Origin: an uncultured Alphaproteobacteria bacterium
GTDB lineage: Bacteria; Pseudomonadota; Alphaproteobacteria; CAAHEQ01; UBA3637
Direction: 5' to 3'
NCBI GenBank assembly: GCA_949292205.1
Contig: CASEYR010000006.1
Coordinates: 32,016-96,015, forward strand
DNA length: 64,000 bases
The position numbers and the translations under genes were made by a program. Of the stretch, positions 46,761 through 57,436 are shown one piece after another. Position 1 is the stretch's first letter. Each line of letters opens with the position of its first letter. Under the pieces are notes generated by a model that saw only the letters and a list, made by a program, of their open reading frames with translations, was not told the origin of the DNA and did no database searches.

Positions 46761-49700
46761 ATGAATGAATTGATTACAAACTTTGGTCAAGTAGCAAACC
46801 CGCAGTCTTTTGATGATATTCGGATTTCCATTGCTTCTCCGGAAAAAATCCGTAGCTGGTCGTTCGGTGAAGTGACTCGTCCAGAAACAATTAACTATCG
46901 GACTTTTAAGCCGGAAAAAGACGGTTTGTTCTGTGCTAAAATTTTCGGACCGGTTAAGGATTATGAATGTTTGTGCGGTAAGTACAAACGAATGAAATAC
47001 CGTGGTATTACTTGTGAAAAGTGCGGTGTTGAAGTGACTCTGTCCAAGGTTCGTCGCGAACGTATGGGACATATTGAGTTGGCTTGCCCTGTCACACATA
47101 TCTGGTTCTTGAAGTCTCTGCCGAGCCGTATCGGGACTCTGCTGGATATGATGTTGAAAAATCTGGAAGCCGTCTTGTACTTTGAAAAATATATCGTGAT
47201 TGAACCCGGCTTGACCAGTTTAAAGTTACATGACTTATTGACGGAAGAGCAATATCAACAGGCTTTGGAAGAATATGGTGAAGATGCTTTCCGCGTCGGA
47301 ATCGGTGCCGAAGCCATTAAAGAAATGTTAAGCCAGATTGACTTGTCTGCCGAAGCAGCAAGTTTGCGCGCTGAACTGATTGAAACAAAATCCGATATGA
47401 AACGCAAGAAAATCGTCAAGAAATTAAAATTGGTCGAAGCGTTTTTGGAGTCCGGTTCTCGTCCGGAATGGATGGTTTTAGATGTATTGCCGGTTATTCC
47501 GCCGGAATTACGTCCGTTGGTTCCGTTGGATGGTGGTCGTTTCGCTACCTCTGATTTGAATGATCTCTATCGGCGTGTTATTAACAGAAACAATCGTTTG
47601 AAACGGCTGTTAGAGCTACGTGCTCCGGAAATCATTATTCGAAATGAAAAACGGATGTTGCAGGAAGCTGTTGATGCTCTGTTTGATAACGGTCGTCGCG
47701 GTCGTGCCGTCGCTGGTGTCAATAAGAGACCTTTGAAGTCTTTGGCTGATATGTTAAAGGGTAAACAAGGTCGTTTCCGTCAGAACTTGTTAGGTAAGCG
47801 TGTTGACTATTCGGGTCGTTCCGTTATTACGGTTGGTCCGGAATTGTTGTTACACCAATGCGGTTTGCCAAAGCGGATGGCTCTGGAATTGTTCAAGCCC
47901 TTTATTTACGCTAAATTAGAGCAATACGGTATGGCTTCGACAATTAAGGCCGCTAAAAAGATGGTTGAAAAAGAACGTCCGGAGGTTTGGGATATTTTGT
48001 CAGAAGTTATCCGCGAACATCCTGTTTTGTTAAACCGTGCTCCGACATTGCACCGCTTGGGTATTCAGGCGTTTGAACCGGTCTTGATTGAAGGTAAGGC
48101 TATTCAGTTGCACCCGTTGGTTTGTACGGCATTTAACGCAGACTTTGACGGTGATCAGATGGCTGTTCACGTTCCTTTGTCATTGGAAGCTCAGTTGGAA
48201 GCTCGTGTCTTGATGATGTCTACCAACAACATTTTGTCTCCGGCTTCCGGTAAGCCGATTATCGTACCGACGCAGGACGTTATTTTGGGCTTGTACTATA
48301 TGTCTATGGCTTTGGACGGTGAACCGGGCGAAGGAATGGTTTTCTCTTGCCCTCAAGAAATTGAACATGCTTTGTTCAATCATGTGGTCACGTTACATTC
48401 CAAAATTAAAGTTCGTTTGACGATTATGGAAGATAACGGACAAAAGAATACGCGTGTCGTTGAAACAACGCCGGGACGAATGAAATTAGCTGCTTTGTTG
48501 CCGGATAACAGTAAGATTCCGTTCAGCTTGATGAACCGCTTGATCCGTAAAAAAGAGGTATCCGATATTATTGATGCGGTTTATCGCTATTGCGGTCAGA
48601 AAGAAACGTGTATCTTTGCCGATCGTATTATGGGATTGGGATATCGTCAAGCGGCCAAGTCTGGTATTTCTTTCGGTAAGGATGACTTGATCGTTCCGGA
48701 AGCAAAGAAAAAACTGTTGGCTGAAACAGAGAAAAAGACAAATGAATTCGAACGTCAATATCAAGACGGTTTGATTACGCGTTTGGAAAAATACAACAAA
48801 GTCGTTGATGCTTGGGCCGCTTGTACAGATGCTATTGCCGACGCGATGATGAAGGGTATTTCTAAAATCGAGCCGGGCAAACCTGTGAACTCGGTCTACA
48901 TGATGGCAAACTCCGGAGCTCGTGGTAGTGCGGCTCAGATGCGTCAGTTGGCCGGTATGCGTGGTTTGATGGCTAAACCGTCAGGTGAAATTATTGAAAC
49001 GCCTATTCGTTCTAACTTTAAAGAAGGGTTGACCGTTATGGAGTACTTTAACTCGACTCACGGTGCTCGTAAAGGTTTGGCGGATACAGCTTTGAAAACA
49101 GCGAACTCAGGTTACTTGACACGCCGTTTGGTAGATGTGGCTCAAGACGCTATCATCACGATGGAAGATTGTGGAACCGATAACGGTATTACAATTCAAC
49201 CGATTATTGAAGGCGGTGATGTTATCGCAACAACCGGTGAACGAATTCTGGGTCGGACGGCTGCCGAGGATATTAAAGATCCGTCAACGGGTGAAGTCAT
49301 CGTTCCGAAGAACAAGTTGATTGACGAAAACGACGTTGAGAAAATTGATGCTGCCGGCGTTGATTCCGTTAAGATTCGTTCTGTTTTGACTTGTGAAGCT
49401 GAAGACGGTATTTGTGCGGCTTGCTATGGACGTGATTTGGCTCGCGGAACGGCGGTTAACTTGGGCGAAGTTGTCGGTATTATCGCGGCTCAGTCCATTG
49501 GTGAACCGGGGACTCAGTTGACCATGCGGACCTTCCACATCGGTGGTGCGGCTCAACGGGGTGCTGAACAATCCAGTATTGATGCCGCTTTTGATGCTAA
49601 AATCAAATTGGGGAACTGTAATACAATCAAAAATTCAGCCGGTGATACAATTGTGTTATCTCGTAATTGTGAGGTTTCTTTGTTGGATGCCAATAATCGC

Positions 49701-50903
49701 GAGAAGGCTCGTCATAAGGTGCCTTATGGTGGAAAATTGTTGGTTGAAGATGGGCAGTCTGTAACTAAAGGCGCTCGCTTGGCTGAATGGGATCCGTATA
49801 CAACTCCGATTATTGTTGATAAGGCCGGAAAGGTTAAATTTGAAGATTTAATCGATGGTGAAACTATTCGTGAAGTCATTGATGAAGCTACCGGGTTGGC
49901 TTCAACCGTGGTTATGGATTGGCGTCAACAATCCGGTAAGCATGAACGGAAACCGCATATTGCTTTGTTGAACGAAAAAGGTAAAATCTTTAAGTCGGCC
50001 AGCGGAGCAGAGGCTCGCTATTACTTGGCTGCTGATGCCGTCGTAACCGTTAAAAACGGACAGGAAGTTATGCCGGGTGATGTCTTGGCAAGATTGCCTC
50101 GTGAATCAACAAAAACAAGAGATATTACGGGTGGTTTGCCTCGGGTTGCCGAATTGTTTGAAGCGCGTCATCCAAAAGATGCTGCTATCATTTCCGAAAT
50201 TGACGGACGGGTTGAGTTCGGGGCTGATTTCAAGACTAAACGGCGTGTCTTTGTTATCGGTGAAAACGAAGAAGATAAACGTGAGTACATTATCCCGAAA
50301 GGTCGTTCCGTTGCCGTTCATGAAGGCGATATCGTTCAAAAGGGCGATTTGATTGTTGAAGGTGCTTTGGTGCCTCATGATATTTTGCGCATTTTGGGTG
50401 TGGAGGCTTTGGCTCACTACATGATTAAGGAAGTTCAAGCCGTCTATCGCTTGCAGGGTGTGCGTATCAATGATAAACACATCGAAGTTATCGTTCGTCA
50501 AATGATGCGTAAAATGGAAGTTGTTGATCCGGGTGATACAACTCTGTTGGCCGGTGAGCAAGTGGATAAAGAGACTTTGGTCGCCGAAAATGTTAAGGCT
50601 TTGAAAGCCGGCGGACGTGAAGCTAAGGCTGAACCGGTCTTGTTGGGTATTACAAAAGCCAGCTTGCAAACAAACTCGTTCATTTCTGCTGCATCGTTCC
50701 AAGAAACGACTCGTGTCTTGACCGAAGCTGCTGTCGCCGGAAAACGAGATACTCTGCACGGCTTGAAAGAAAACGTCATCGTTGGTCGCTTGATTCCTGC
50801 CGGAACGGGGGCTCAAATGCAACGACTCCGCCAGATTGCGGCAGAACGGGACAAAGAGTTCTTGGATGCTCGCAATAAAGAAACAGGAAATGCTGTCGGC
50901 TAA
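46761..50903 (+). CDS. rpoC: DNA-directed RNA polymerase subunit beta'
   Basis: 1380 aa; zinc-binding [23 protein letters not shown] and catalytic NADFDGD. Confidence 0.95.
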   Translation: MNELITNFGQVANPQSFDDIRISIASPEKIRSWSFGEVTRPETINYRTFKPEKDGLFCAKIFGPVKDYECLCGKYKRMKYRGITCEKCGVEVTLSKVRRERMGHIELACPVTHIWFLKSLPSRIGTLLDMMLKNLEAVLYFEKYIVIEPGLTSLKLHDLLTEEQYQQALEEYGEDAFRVGIGAEAIKEMLSQIDLSAEAASLRAELIETKSDMKRKKIVKKLKLVEAFLESGSRPEWMVLDVLPVIPPELRPLVPLDGGRFATSDLNDLYRRVINRNNRLKRLLELRAPEIIIRNEKRMLQEAVDALFDNGRRGRAVAGVNKRPLKSLADMLKGKQGRFRQNLLGKRVDYSGRSVITVGPELLLHQCGLPKRMALELFKPFIYAKLEQYGMASTIKAAKKMVEKERPEVWDILSEVIREHPVLLNRAPTLHRLGIQAFEPVLIEGKAIQLHPLVCTAFNADFDGDQMAVHVPLSLEAQLEARVLMMSTNNILSPASGKPIIVPTQDVILGLYYMSMALDGEPGEGMVFSCPQEIEHALFNHVVTLHSKIKVRLTIMEDNGQKNTRVVETTPGRMKLAALLPDNSKIPFSLMNRLIRKKEVSDIIDAVYRYCGQKETCIFADRIMGLGYRQAAKSGISFGKDDLIVPEAKKKLLAETEKKTNEFERQYQDGLITRLEKYNKVVDAWAACTDAIADAMMKGISKIEPGKPVNSVYMMANSGARGSAAQMRQLAGMRGLMAKPSGEIIETPIRSNFKEGLTVMEYFNSTHGARKGLADTALKTANSGYLTRRLVDVAQDAIITMEDCGTDNGITIQPIIEGGDVIATTGERILGRTAAEDIKDPSTGEVIVPKNKLIDENDVEKIDAAGVDSVKIRSVLTCEAEDGICAACYGRDLARGTAVNLGEVVGIIAAQSIGEPGTQLTMRTFHIGGAAQRGAEQSSIDAAFDAKIKLGNCNTIKNSAGDTIVLSRNCEVSLLDANNREKARHKVPYGGKLLVEDGQSVTKGARLAEWDPYTTPIIVDKAGKVKFEDLIDGETIREVIDEATGLASTVVMDWRQQSGKHERKPHIALLNEKGKIFKSASGAEARYYLAADAVVTVKNGQEVMPGDVLARLPRESTKTRDITGGLPRVAELFEARHPKDAAIISEIDGRVEFGADFKTKRRVFVIGENEEDKREYIIPKGRSVAVHEGDIVQKGDLIVEGALVPHDILRILGVEALAHYMIKEVQAVYRLQGVRINDKHIEVIVRQMMRKMEVVDPGDTTLLAGEQVDKETLVAENVKALKAGGREAKAEPVLLGITKASLQTNSFISAASFQETTRVLTEAAVAGKRDTLHGLKENVIVGRLIPAGTGAQMQRLRQIAAERDKEFLDARNKETGNAVG

Positions 50904-50921
50904 ATGGCGAATACACCAAAA

Positions 50922-50956
50922 GAGCGTCTCGAGTTAATCGGGACGCTTTTTTTATT
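50922..50956 (+). terminator. rho-independent terminator of the rpoBC operon
   Basis: GCGTCTCG-agttaat-CGGGACGC followed by TTTTTTTATT. Confidence 0.65.
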
Positions 50957-51023
50957 AAAAGTGATGCTTTGTTCAATCGGGGGAGATAGTTTTTTCAAAT
51001 GTTAAAAAATTGAAGTATTCTGA

Positions 51024-51056
51024 ACAAAAAAAATACCCCGAATAGATCGGGGTATA
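51024..51056 (-). terminator. rho-independent terminator downstream of recA
   Basis: On the minus strand: ATACCCCG-atctatt-CGGGGTAT followed by TTTTTTTT. Confidence 0.6.
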
Positions 51057-51073
51057 TCAATTAGCTCCTTAGG

Positions 51074-52102
51074 TTAAGCATCCGATAAAGTATCATCTCC
51101 GACCATCATCTGCTGAGACAAATCCTTTGCATCATTTCGGATGGCTGTTTCAATTTCCGCAGCCAATTCCGGATGAGCTTTCAAATAAGCCTTAGCTGTC
51201 TCACGTCCCTGTCCGATTCGCTCCCCTTTACAAGAGAACCAAGCCCCAGCTTTTTCAACAATACCGGCCTTTACCCCCAAATCCAACAATTCACCGGCTT
51301 TAGAAATACCCTCACCGTATAAGATATCAAAATCAACAGTTTTAAACGGTGGAGCCACTTTATTTTTAACAACCTTAACCCGAGTTTGACTTCCGATAGT
51401 ATCTTCCCGATCCTTGATAGCGCCCACACGCCGAATATCCAAGCGGACGGAGGCATAGAACTTTAAAGCATTTCCACCGGTTGTTGTTTCAGGGTTACCG
51501 AACATCACGCCGATTTTCATACGGATCTGGTTAATAAAGATGACCAACGTATTTGCACGAGCGACAGAGGCTGTTATTTTGCGAAGTGCTTGACTCATTA
51601 AGCGAGCTTGCAACCCCATATGCGAATCTCCCATTTCGCCTTCCAACTCTGCTTTTGGGACCAAAGCAGCAACCGAATCAACGACCAACACATCAATAGT
51701 TCCCGATCGAACTAAAGTATCTGCAATTTCCAATGCCTGCTCTCCCGTATCCGGTTGCGAGATCAACAAATCATTAATATTCACGCCCAATTTACCTGCA
51801 TACGACGGATCCAACGCATGCTCGGCATCGATATAAGCGCATACCCCGCCTTTTTTCTGAGCTTCTGCAACAACATGCAAAGCCAGAGTTGTTTTTCCCG
51901 AACTTTCCGGTCCATATATCTCAACAATACGACCTCTAGGTAATCCACCGATACCCAACGCCATATCCAATCCCAGCGAACCGGTTGAAATAGCGGGAAT
52001 CTCAACGGCATTACCTTGTTGCCCCAACCGCATAATAGACCCTTTACCAAAAGCTCGTTCAATTTGGCTGAGAGCCGCTTCTAACGCTTTATCTTTTTCC
52101 AT
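51074..52102 (-). CDS. recA: recombinase RecA
   Basis: 342 aa; Walker [11 protein letters not shown]1/L2 loops; classic RecA N-terminus [22 protein letters not shown]. Confidence 0.95.
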   Translation of the reverse strand: MEKDKALEAALSQIERAFGKGSIMRLGQQGNAVEIPAISTGSLGLDMALGIGGLPRGRIVEIYGPESSGKTTLALHVVAEAQKKGGVCAYIDAEHALDPSYAGKLGVNINDLLISQPDTGEQALEIADTLVRSGTIDVLVVDSVAALVPKAELEGEMGDSHMGLQARLMSQALRKITASVARANTLVIFINQIRMKIGVMFGNPETTTGGNALKFYASVRLDIRRVGAIKDREDTIGSQTRVKVVKNKVAPPFKTVDFDILYGEGISKAGELLDLGVKAGIVEKAGAWFSCKGERIGQGRETAKAYLKAHPELAAEIETAIRNDAKDLSQQMMVGDDTLSDA

Positions 52103-52104
52103 TT

Positions 52105-52119
52105 GTTCCTCTTTTGTTC
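52105..52119. promoter_or_regulatory. putative alphaproteobacterial-type LexA box (GTTC-N7-GTTC on plus strand, GAAC-N7-GAAC on recA strand) overlapping the recA RBS
   Basis: GTTCctcttttGTTC seen 3-17 nt upstream of the recA start; matches the direct-repeat SOS-box consensus reported for Rhizobiales-type alphaproteobacteria. Confidence 0.35.
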
Positions 52120-52137
52120 TCTATTGTTTCGTAAAGT

Positions 52138-52166
52138 CACTATACTCGATTTTTAGATCATGTGCA
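52138..52166 (-). promoter_or_regulatory. putative recA promoter (TTGCAC - 17 nt - TATAGT on the minus strand)
   Basis: Read on the reverse complement of 52138-52166. Confidence 0.4.
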
Positions 52167-52212
52167 ACTACTTTTTAATCTTTTTGTTAAAATCCGAAAA
52201 TTCGCTTCAGGC

Positions 52213-52244
52213 AGAAAAAAACCCTTGTCTAACAAGGGTTTTTA
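52213..52244. terminator. bidirectional terminator-like hairpin
   Basis: AACCCTTGT-cta-ACAAGGGTT flanked by an A-run and a T-run. Confidence 0.5.
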
Positions 52245-52252
52245 AGGTTATT

Positions 52253-52855
52253 TTAATCACGTTGCAAACATCCGTTTTGTGAATATTTCCAAAAGAATAA
52301 ACGAACGATTGGATTTTTAATCTGGGATCCTCTGCAGTGTAAATATTTCACCCTGTTTTCCTTACTGCATTTTGGATGGGAAATAATTTTAAATGCTACC
52401 TGAGCCCACTTACCGGCATACACTTTTGCATTGCACATAGACAAAGCCAAATCCAGCATATTCTCCCGCAAGCCGGTCTCTTGATTCGGATTAAAAGTCC
52501 GATGGCTAATAATTTTCGAAGCCAAATCAAAATCATATTTCTTTAAAGCTTCTTTTAAAGGCATTGATATCTGACCAAAACGAAAGGTATCACTGGCGCG
52601 CCATTGTGGATTTTTAACCAACAGACTAACAGCCTCATTCATATCATTATCATAAAACAATTCAAACGGACAAACATCACCGTCTTTTAATAAAACATGC
52701 ATATTAGGATCGGCTCCGTTTTGCAAAGCCTGAACAGCAACAGCTTTCCATTTTTGATCAGCCTCTTTTTTTCTGGGACTTGCAATTTTGATACAAGCCA
52801 ATCTCAGATTTTCATTAGCAGACAATGTATTGACATATTGAATTTTTTTAGTCAT
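52253..52855 (-). CDS. hypothetical protein with ankyrin-like motif
   Basis: 200 aa; ALQNGADPNMHVLLKDGD resembles an ankyrin repeat core; otherwise no family recognised. Confidence 0.4.
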   Translation of the reverse strand: MTKKIQYVNTLSANENLRLACIKIASPRKKEADQKWKAVAVQALQNGADPNMHVLLKDGDVCPFELFYDNDMNEAVSLLVKNPQWRASDTFRFGQISMPLKEALKKYDFDLASKIISHRTFNPNQETGLRENMLDLALSMCNAKVYAGKWAQVAFKIISHPKCSKENRVKYLHCRGSQIKNPIVRLFFWKYSQNGCLQRD

Positions 52856-53070
52856 AATCGTCCTTTCAGTTAAACTGTAAGGTCATTCTATCCCTATTTT
52901 TTTATTTTGTCAATATATTTTTTTATCAGATATTCAATTAAAAAAAATATTCATTCAAGATTTCATAAGCGACAGGACTTTTACAAATCAGTTACTTTAA
53001 GATGATTCTCTAAACCATATAAAAAAACACCCCGATAAAAATCGAGGCGTTTGCATTACTTTGATAAAGA

Positions 53071-53238
53071 TTATTTGATCTTTTTTTCACCAAACTCTTC
53101 ATGTTTCCGCGTTTTTTTGTCATACTTACGCATAACCAGTTTTTCTGTTTTTGTCCGCGGATTCTTTTTTGTAACATAGAAAGTACCCGTTCCGGCCTTG
53201 CTTTCTAATCTGATTTCAATTGTTGTCGGCTTTGCCAT
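53071..53238 (-). CDS. rpmG: 50S ribosomal protein L33
   Basis: Not in the ORF track (55 aa). Reverse-complement translation gives [55 protein letters not shown], matching the L33 consensus MAK...GTG.FY.T.KN.R...EKL..RKYD. Confidence 0.8.
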   Translation of the reverse strand: MAKPTTIEIRLESKAGTGTFYVTKKNPRTKTEKLVMRKYDKKTRKHEEFGEKKIK

Positions 53239-53325
53239 TTTTTTATTCCTCTATTTAGTTAAACTGTTTGGTATTATACAGAAAAATTTTTCAAAGTCAA
53301 GAAAAAAATCCAACCCATCCCGATT

Positions 53326-54126
53326 TTATACCGGTAGATTGATTTCATACCCATCCTGCTCTAATAAATCCATTATACGAACTAAGAAAGAACGTTCCTT
53401 ATCGTCTACACGTCCATCAGCCATAATAACATTCAGCATTGCTTCAACCAACCCTTGAACGGTTGTTTGATCCTTTGCCAAAGATTTCGCCAATGCAACG
53501 GAAAAACACTCTTCATCCGGAGCCAACGAGATAATATAATCATTCAACTCCTGATCATCATAAGACAAATCGGTTGTTCTGGATTTAGCATACTCAAAAA
53601 CTTTCTGACGCTCGGTCTTATCGCGAGCCCCATCAATTGCAACCAAGTACATCAAGACAGTTACTTCCTGTGCAATTCGCTCAATAGCTTTTGCGAAATC
53701 ATCCTTCGGATCGGAAACAACAACTGCCGAAGACTTATCCCGAACCGATATACCCAAACGATTTTGAATAAACTCATATGGATTATCATAAACACGACCG
53801 GATGTAATATCTCTGATTGCGGAAATATGTCCCACTTTAATCAAACGTGGAGCCCGCACATCCATAGCAACACCATCAATATACAGATCACCCTTCGTAT
53901 GGATAATTCGTCGAATCAAAATATCTCTGTCTTTTACGTTACCGGATAAAGACTTATAAGACATAGACACCAGCAAAGAGATACCGGCAGCATCTTCCTG
54001 ACCTTGTTCCAAAGTTGATTTAATATTTTCAGGGACAGCTTTAGCTTGTTCCGGCGTTGAAACAGCAACCGTTCCCCGAGTCAACAATCGAATAGCTTCT
54101 CGTAAATCTTGAGTTTTAATTTCCAT
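53326..54126 (-). CDS. hypothetical protein with C-terminal TerB-like domain; last gene of the MoxR operon
   Basis: Start taken at MEIKTQDL, preceded by AAGAGGA and overlapping the DUF4381 stop by 11 nt; C-terminal VIMADGRVDDKERSFLVRIMDLL resembles the TerB/DjlA-N fold; no vWA MIDAS motif. Confidence 0.45.
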   Translation of the reverse strand: MEIKTQDLREAIRLLTRGTVAVSTPEQAKAVPENIKSTLEQGQEDAAGISLLVSMSYKSLSGNVKDRDILIRRIIHTKGDLYIDGVAMDVRAPRLIKVGHISAIRDITSGRVYDNPYEFIQNRLGISVRDKSSAVVVSDPKDDFAKAIERIAQEVTVLMYLVAIDGARDKTERQKVFEYAKSRTTDLSYDDQELNDYIISLAPDEECFSVALAKSLAKDQTTVQGLVEAMLNVIMADGRVDDKERSFLVRIMDLLEQDGYEINLPV

Positions 54127-54598
54127 ATTTTTTCCTCTTAAAGAACTCAGTAATTGCGACACGTCCGGCTTTATACAAAGCTTCAGGATGATCGGTTACC
54201 AGAGTATTATCGGGCAAATAAGTCGAAAAAGCAAGTAATTTTGCTTGTTCATCCGAAAAAGCCCCTTGTGTTTTTGTTTTTAAAAAATCAGCCCAATCAT
54301 CTTCCGATAACGAAGCGACTTGCTTTCTGGGATAGCGAATCAGAGCAATTCTCTTAAAGAGTGCAGACATTTGTCGAGCCAAAATAACAGGATTATCTGT
54401 TTTTTGATACATTGATTTTAATTCACGCAAAGCATACTGTTTCGGTCCGGAACGCCAGAAAAAGAAAGCGACAAGACAACAGCTCAAGACAAAAATCAGA
54501 GCCGTGACAACGATCCACCAACCGATAGCCGGTGGCCACCAAGAAGGTTCAACGGGGATATGAATATCACGAAGTCCCGATAAATCAATTTCCGTCAT
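54116..54598 (-). CDS. DUF4381-family membrane protein (MoxR-operon component)
   Basis: 160 aa; one TM helix WWPPAIGWWIVVTALIFVLSCCLVAFFFW; 4-nt start/stop overlap with the upstream DUF58 gene. Confidence 0.6.
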   Translation of the reverse strand: MTEIDLSGLRDIHIPVEPSWWPPAIGWWIVVTALIFVLSCCLVAFFFWRSGPKQYALRELKSMYQKTDNPVILARQMSALFKRIALIRYPRKQVASLSEDDWADFLKTKTQGAFSDEQAKLLAFSTYLPDNTLVTDHPEALYKAGRVAITEFFKRKKYGN

Positions 54599-55515
54599 AC
54601 AGCATCCTCTCGACTAAACCGACTCAGCAGACTCAAATAGTCATCTGTTGTTTGAATCGGCAAATATCCCCAACCATATTTTTTAACAGCCTGTTGAATT
54701 GCATCTGTTTGCTTGTTAAAAGATGATTCAAAAGTCTCCCGAACCGATTTTTCATAAGCATTCACAGATACCGTTTGGCTACCATCTGTCATAGCCCATA
54801 CCCCCTCGGGTAAATTTTTCTCCAATCTATCGTAGATGTGAATCAAAGCGATTGTGCGACGAGAGCCCATTCTTCCCAACCGAAAAGCCGTATTCTCATC
54901 AAAGTCATGAAAATCGCTACATATAAAGAGCAAAGCACCACTTTTCAAAGTCGGCTCCAATTCCTGCAGAGCCTGATTCAGAGTTGTTTCATCGGTTGGG
55001 ACAACTGTCGGCAAAGAGGCTGCCACCAAATCGGGAATCAAAGCAAGAGAACCTTTATCACTTAAGCTTAACGACATGGTTTTAATCATATTCGGCAACA
55101 TAATCAACGTATGAACACGATCTTTTTTTTGCTCAGCCACCACAGCCAAGAACATTGCCATTCGTGCAGAGATAACGGATTTAAACTCCCCTTGACTGGC
55201 GAACTTCATATGACTCCGCATATCACAGACGATATAAACCGGACGTTCTTTTTCTTCCGTATATAATTTTGTAAAGGGCTTTCCATACTTTGCCGTAATC
55301 CGCCAATCAATTTGCCGAATATCATCACCGGGCTGATAAGCTCTTACCTCTTGAAAATCAAGACCACGTGTCCGAAAGACAGATCGCGTTTCACCGACAC
55401 CAAGATAAACCGGTTGAAGTGTTGCCTTTAATGAAATATTCCCAGCCGACGCCTTCAAAGCAATCAAGCTATCTTGATCCACGACAACGGGACTGTATGT
55501 TTCATCAAAAGCCAT
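54595..55515 (-). CDS. DUF58-family protein (vWA-like, MoxR partner)
   Basis: 306 aa; conserved VRAYQPGDDIRQIDWRITAKYGKPFTKLYTEE block typical of DUF58. Confidence 0.75.
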   Translation of the reverse strand: MAFDETYSPVVVDQDSLIALKASAGNISLKATLQPVYLGVGETRSVFRTRGLDFQEVRAYQPGDDIRQIDWRITAKYGKPFTKLYTEEKERPVYIVCDMRSHMKFASQGEFKSVISARMAMFLAVVAEQKKDRVHTLIMLPNMIKTMSLSLSDKGSLALIPDLVAASLPTVVPTDETTLNQALQELEPTLKSGALLFICSDFHDFDENTAFRLGRMGSRRTIALIHIYDRLEKNLPEGVWAMTDGSQTVSVNAYEKSVRETFESSFNKQTDAIQQAVKKYGWGYLPIQTTDDYLSLLSRFSREDAV

Positions 55516-55523
55516 TACTCCCC

Positions 55524-56486
55524 CTATGGTAACGGCACCCGCTCTAACAACATACGCAAAACATCATCAGTCGTTACATGGGCCGATTTAGCCTCAAATG
55601 ACAACAAGATACGATGACGCAACACGTCGGGAATAAGCGCTTGAATATCTTTAGGCGTTACAAAATCACGTCCGTCCAGCCAAGCGGCGGCACGAACGAC
55701 GATGTCCAAAGCAATTGTTCCGCGAGGACTGGCACCGTATCGGATTAACCGAGCCAAATCCGCACCATAAGCTTCCGGATGACGAGTCGCCATAATAAAC
55801 TGGATTAAGTACTCTTCCAGTTCCGGAGACATATAGATATCCAAGACCTCACGTCTGGCTTCAAAAATTTGTTCTTGTTTAATTCTATTAAAGCGAGGCG
55901 TTGGAATCTTTTTTTCCTCCCCCTGAACCAGTTTTAAAATACGCCGTTCCGATTCGATATCGGGGTAACCGATTTTAACATACATCAAGAACCGATCCAA
56001 CTGCGCTTCCGGCAAGTTATAAGTTCCTTCCTGTTCAATCGGATTCTGAGTCGCCATCACCATAAATAAGTCCGGCAACTGATAGGTTTCATTTCCGATA
56101 GTCGCCTGTCGTTCACCCATAGCTTCCAACAAAGCGGACTGGACTTTTGCCGGAGCCCGATTAATTTCATCAGCCAAAATCAAGTTATTAAAGATAGGTC
56201 CTTTTTGGAAAAAGAAGCCATTTGTTTCTGGGCGGTAGACATCACTACCGGTAATATCAGAGGGCAACAAATCCGGAGTAAATTGAATTCGTTGAGATCC
56301 GGCATCAATGGTATCAGCCAACACTTTAATGGCTTTTGTTTTTGCTAACCCCGGCAATCCCTCAACCAACAAATGCCCATCACTCAACAAAGCAATCAAC
56401 AATTTTTGAACCAACCCTTTTTGCCCAATAATGCGACTGTTCATATATTCTTGCAATCGTTCAAAATTATCTCTGATAATAGTCAT
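55524..56486 (-). CDS. MoxR-family AAA+ ATPase
   Basis: 320 aa; Walker A EGLPGLAKTK, Walker B LILADEINRA, sensor regions. Confidence 0.85.
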   Translation of the reverse strand: MTIIRDNFERLQEYMNSRIIGQKGLVQKLLIALLSDGHLLVEGLPGLAKTKAIKVLADTIDAGSQRIQFTPDLLPSDITGSDVYRPETNGFFFQKGPIFNNLILADEINRAPAKVQSALLEAMGERQATIGNETYQLPDLFMVMATQNPIEQEGTYNLPEAQLDRFLMYVKIGYPDIESERRILKLVQGEEKKIPTPRFNRIKQEQIFEARREVLDIYMSPELEEYLIQFIMATRHPEAYGADLARLIRYGASPRGTIALDIVVRAAAWLDGRDFVTPKDIQALIPDVLRHRILLSFEAKSAHVTTDDVLRMLLERVPLP

Positions 56487-56614
56487 GTTTATTTTCCTTA
56501 TTTTTTCTTTTTATAATTATCCATAATATATATTTTTTCATAATTGATTGCAATTGTTTTTCTGGACAAAAAACACTTTTTAAGGTATACTGACCAAAAA
56601 GGAGGATTATCATC

Positions 56615-57295
56615 ATGGTTAATTTATCCAAGCAAAAGTCTTTGTCGGCACGGGCTCGAACAAAATACGTCAAAACTCGTCAACACCCACTCAGCAAAAG
56701 GCAGATACAACGCTTTAAAGAAAAATCTAATCAAAAACAGCCCCCTGAATTATTACGTCAAAAACAACTTGAACAGCAAAAGATGATTGCCGAGATTCGT
56801 CGAGAAAAAAATCCGGACAAGTTAGCCGAACGGATGAATCAGGCAAAAAAAAGCGGTTTAACAGCTCTATTACAACAAGATGCCGACCGTCTTCAAAAGA
56901 TGCAAAAAGCTCGTGAGCGGTTAAAAGAGGCCGTCACACGTTTATTATCGACACAAGTTTCGGCCTCTGTTAAAGAGGGCTCCTCAAAGATTCAATCGGG
57001 ACATATTGATTCCGGATTACGGGACATTCAAGACACCGGTCGTGACGGAGCTATCGGCAATGATATAGCAGATGCCAGCTCTGATTTAGCCAAAAACGCC
57101 AAAAAACTTGCCGGATTAACGGGCAAGCATTTTGATTCAATTATGTATAGAACACTTCGCGATAATTCTCGTCCGGCAGACACCATCAATCAAGAGAAAG
57201 ACAAAGAAGACCGCGACCAAAATCTGGAAGGTCGTATTACGCAAAAATCAACAATTCGTCAGGTTATGGAAAAAAAGAGAAGAGACGGACGATAA
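56615..57295 (+). CDS. highly charged Lys/Arg/Glu/Gln-rich hypothetical protein
   Basis: AAAGGAGG SD; 226 aa, no signal peptide; predicted coiled-coil and low complexity. Confidence 0.45.
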   Translation: MVNLSKQKSLSARARTKYVKTRQHPLSKRQIQRFKEKSNQKQPPELLRQKQLEQQKMIAEIRREKNPDKLAERMNQAKKSGLTALLQQDADRLQKMQKARERLKEAVTRLLSTQVSASVKEGSSKIQSGHIDSGLRDIQDTGRDGAIGNDIADASSDLAKNAKKLAGLTGKHFDSIMYRTLRDNSRPADTINQEKDKEDRDQNLEGRITQKSTIRQVMEKKRRDGR

Positions 57296-57436
57296 GATAT
57301 CATCCATTCAAGAATTACCTAAAATCAGGCATTTTTTAATATTACGAGCATCTGATTCAAAACAAATGCCCCATCTCTAAAAAAATGGGGGCTTGTATTA
57401 AAAACGCAAAGGCCGTTGGCAGAACAACCTAACACA

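Noticed and set aside
50106-50822. 238-aa minus-strand ORF (and the 93-aa ORF at 50498-50779)
   Set aside because: It lies entirely inside rpoC on the opposite strand; antisense artefact.
53455-53949. 164-aa plus-strand ORF with an Ile/Asn-rich low-complexity translation
   Set aside because: Antisense to the TerB-like gene of the MoxR operon; no SD; composition artefact of AT-rich antisense.
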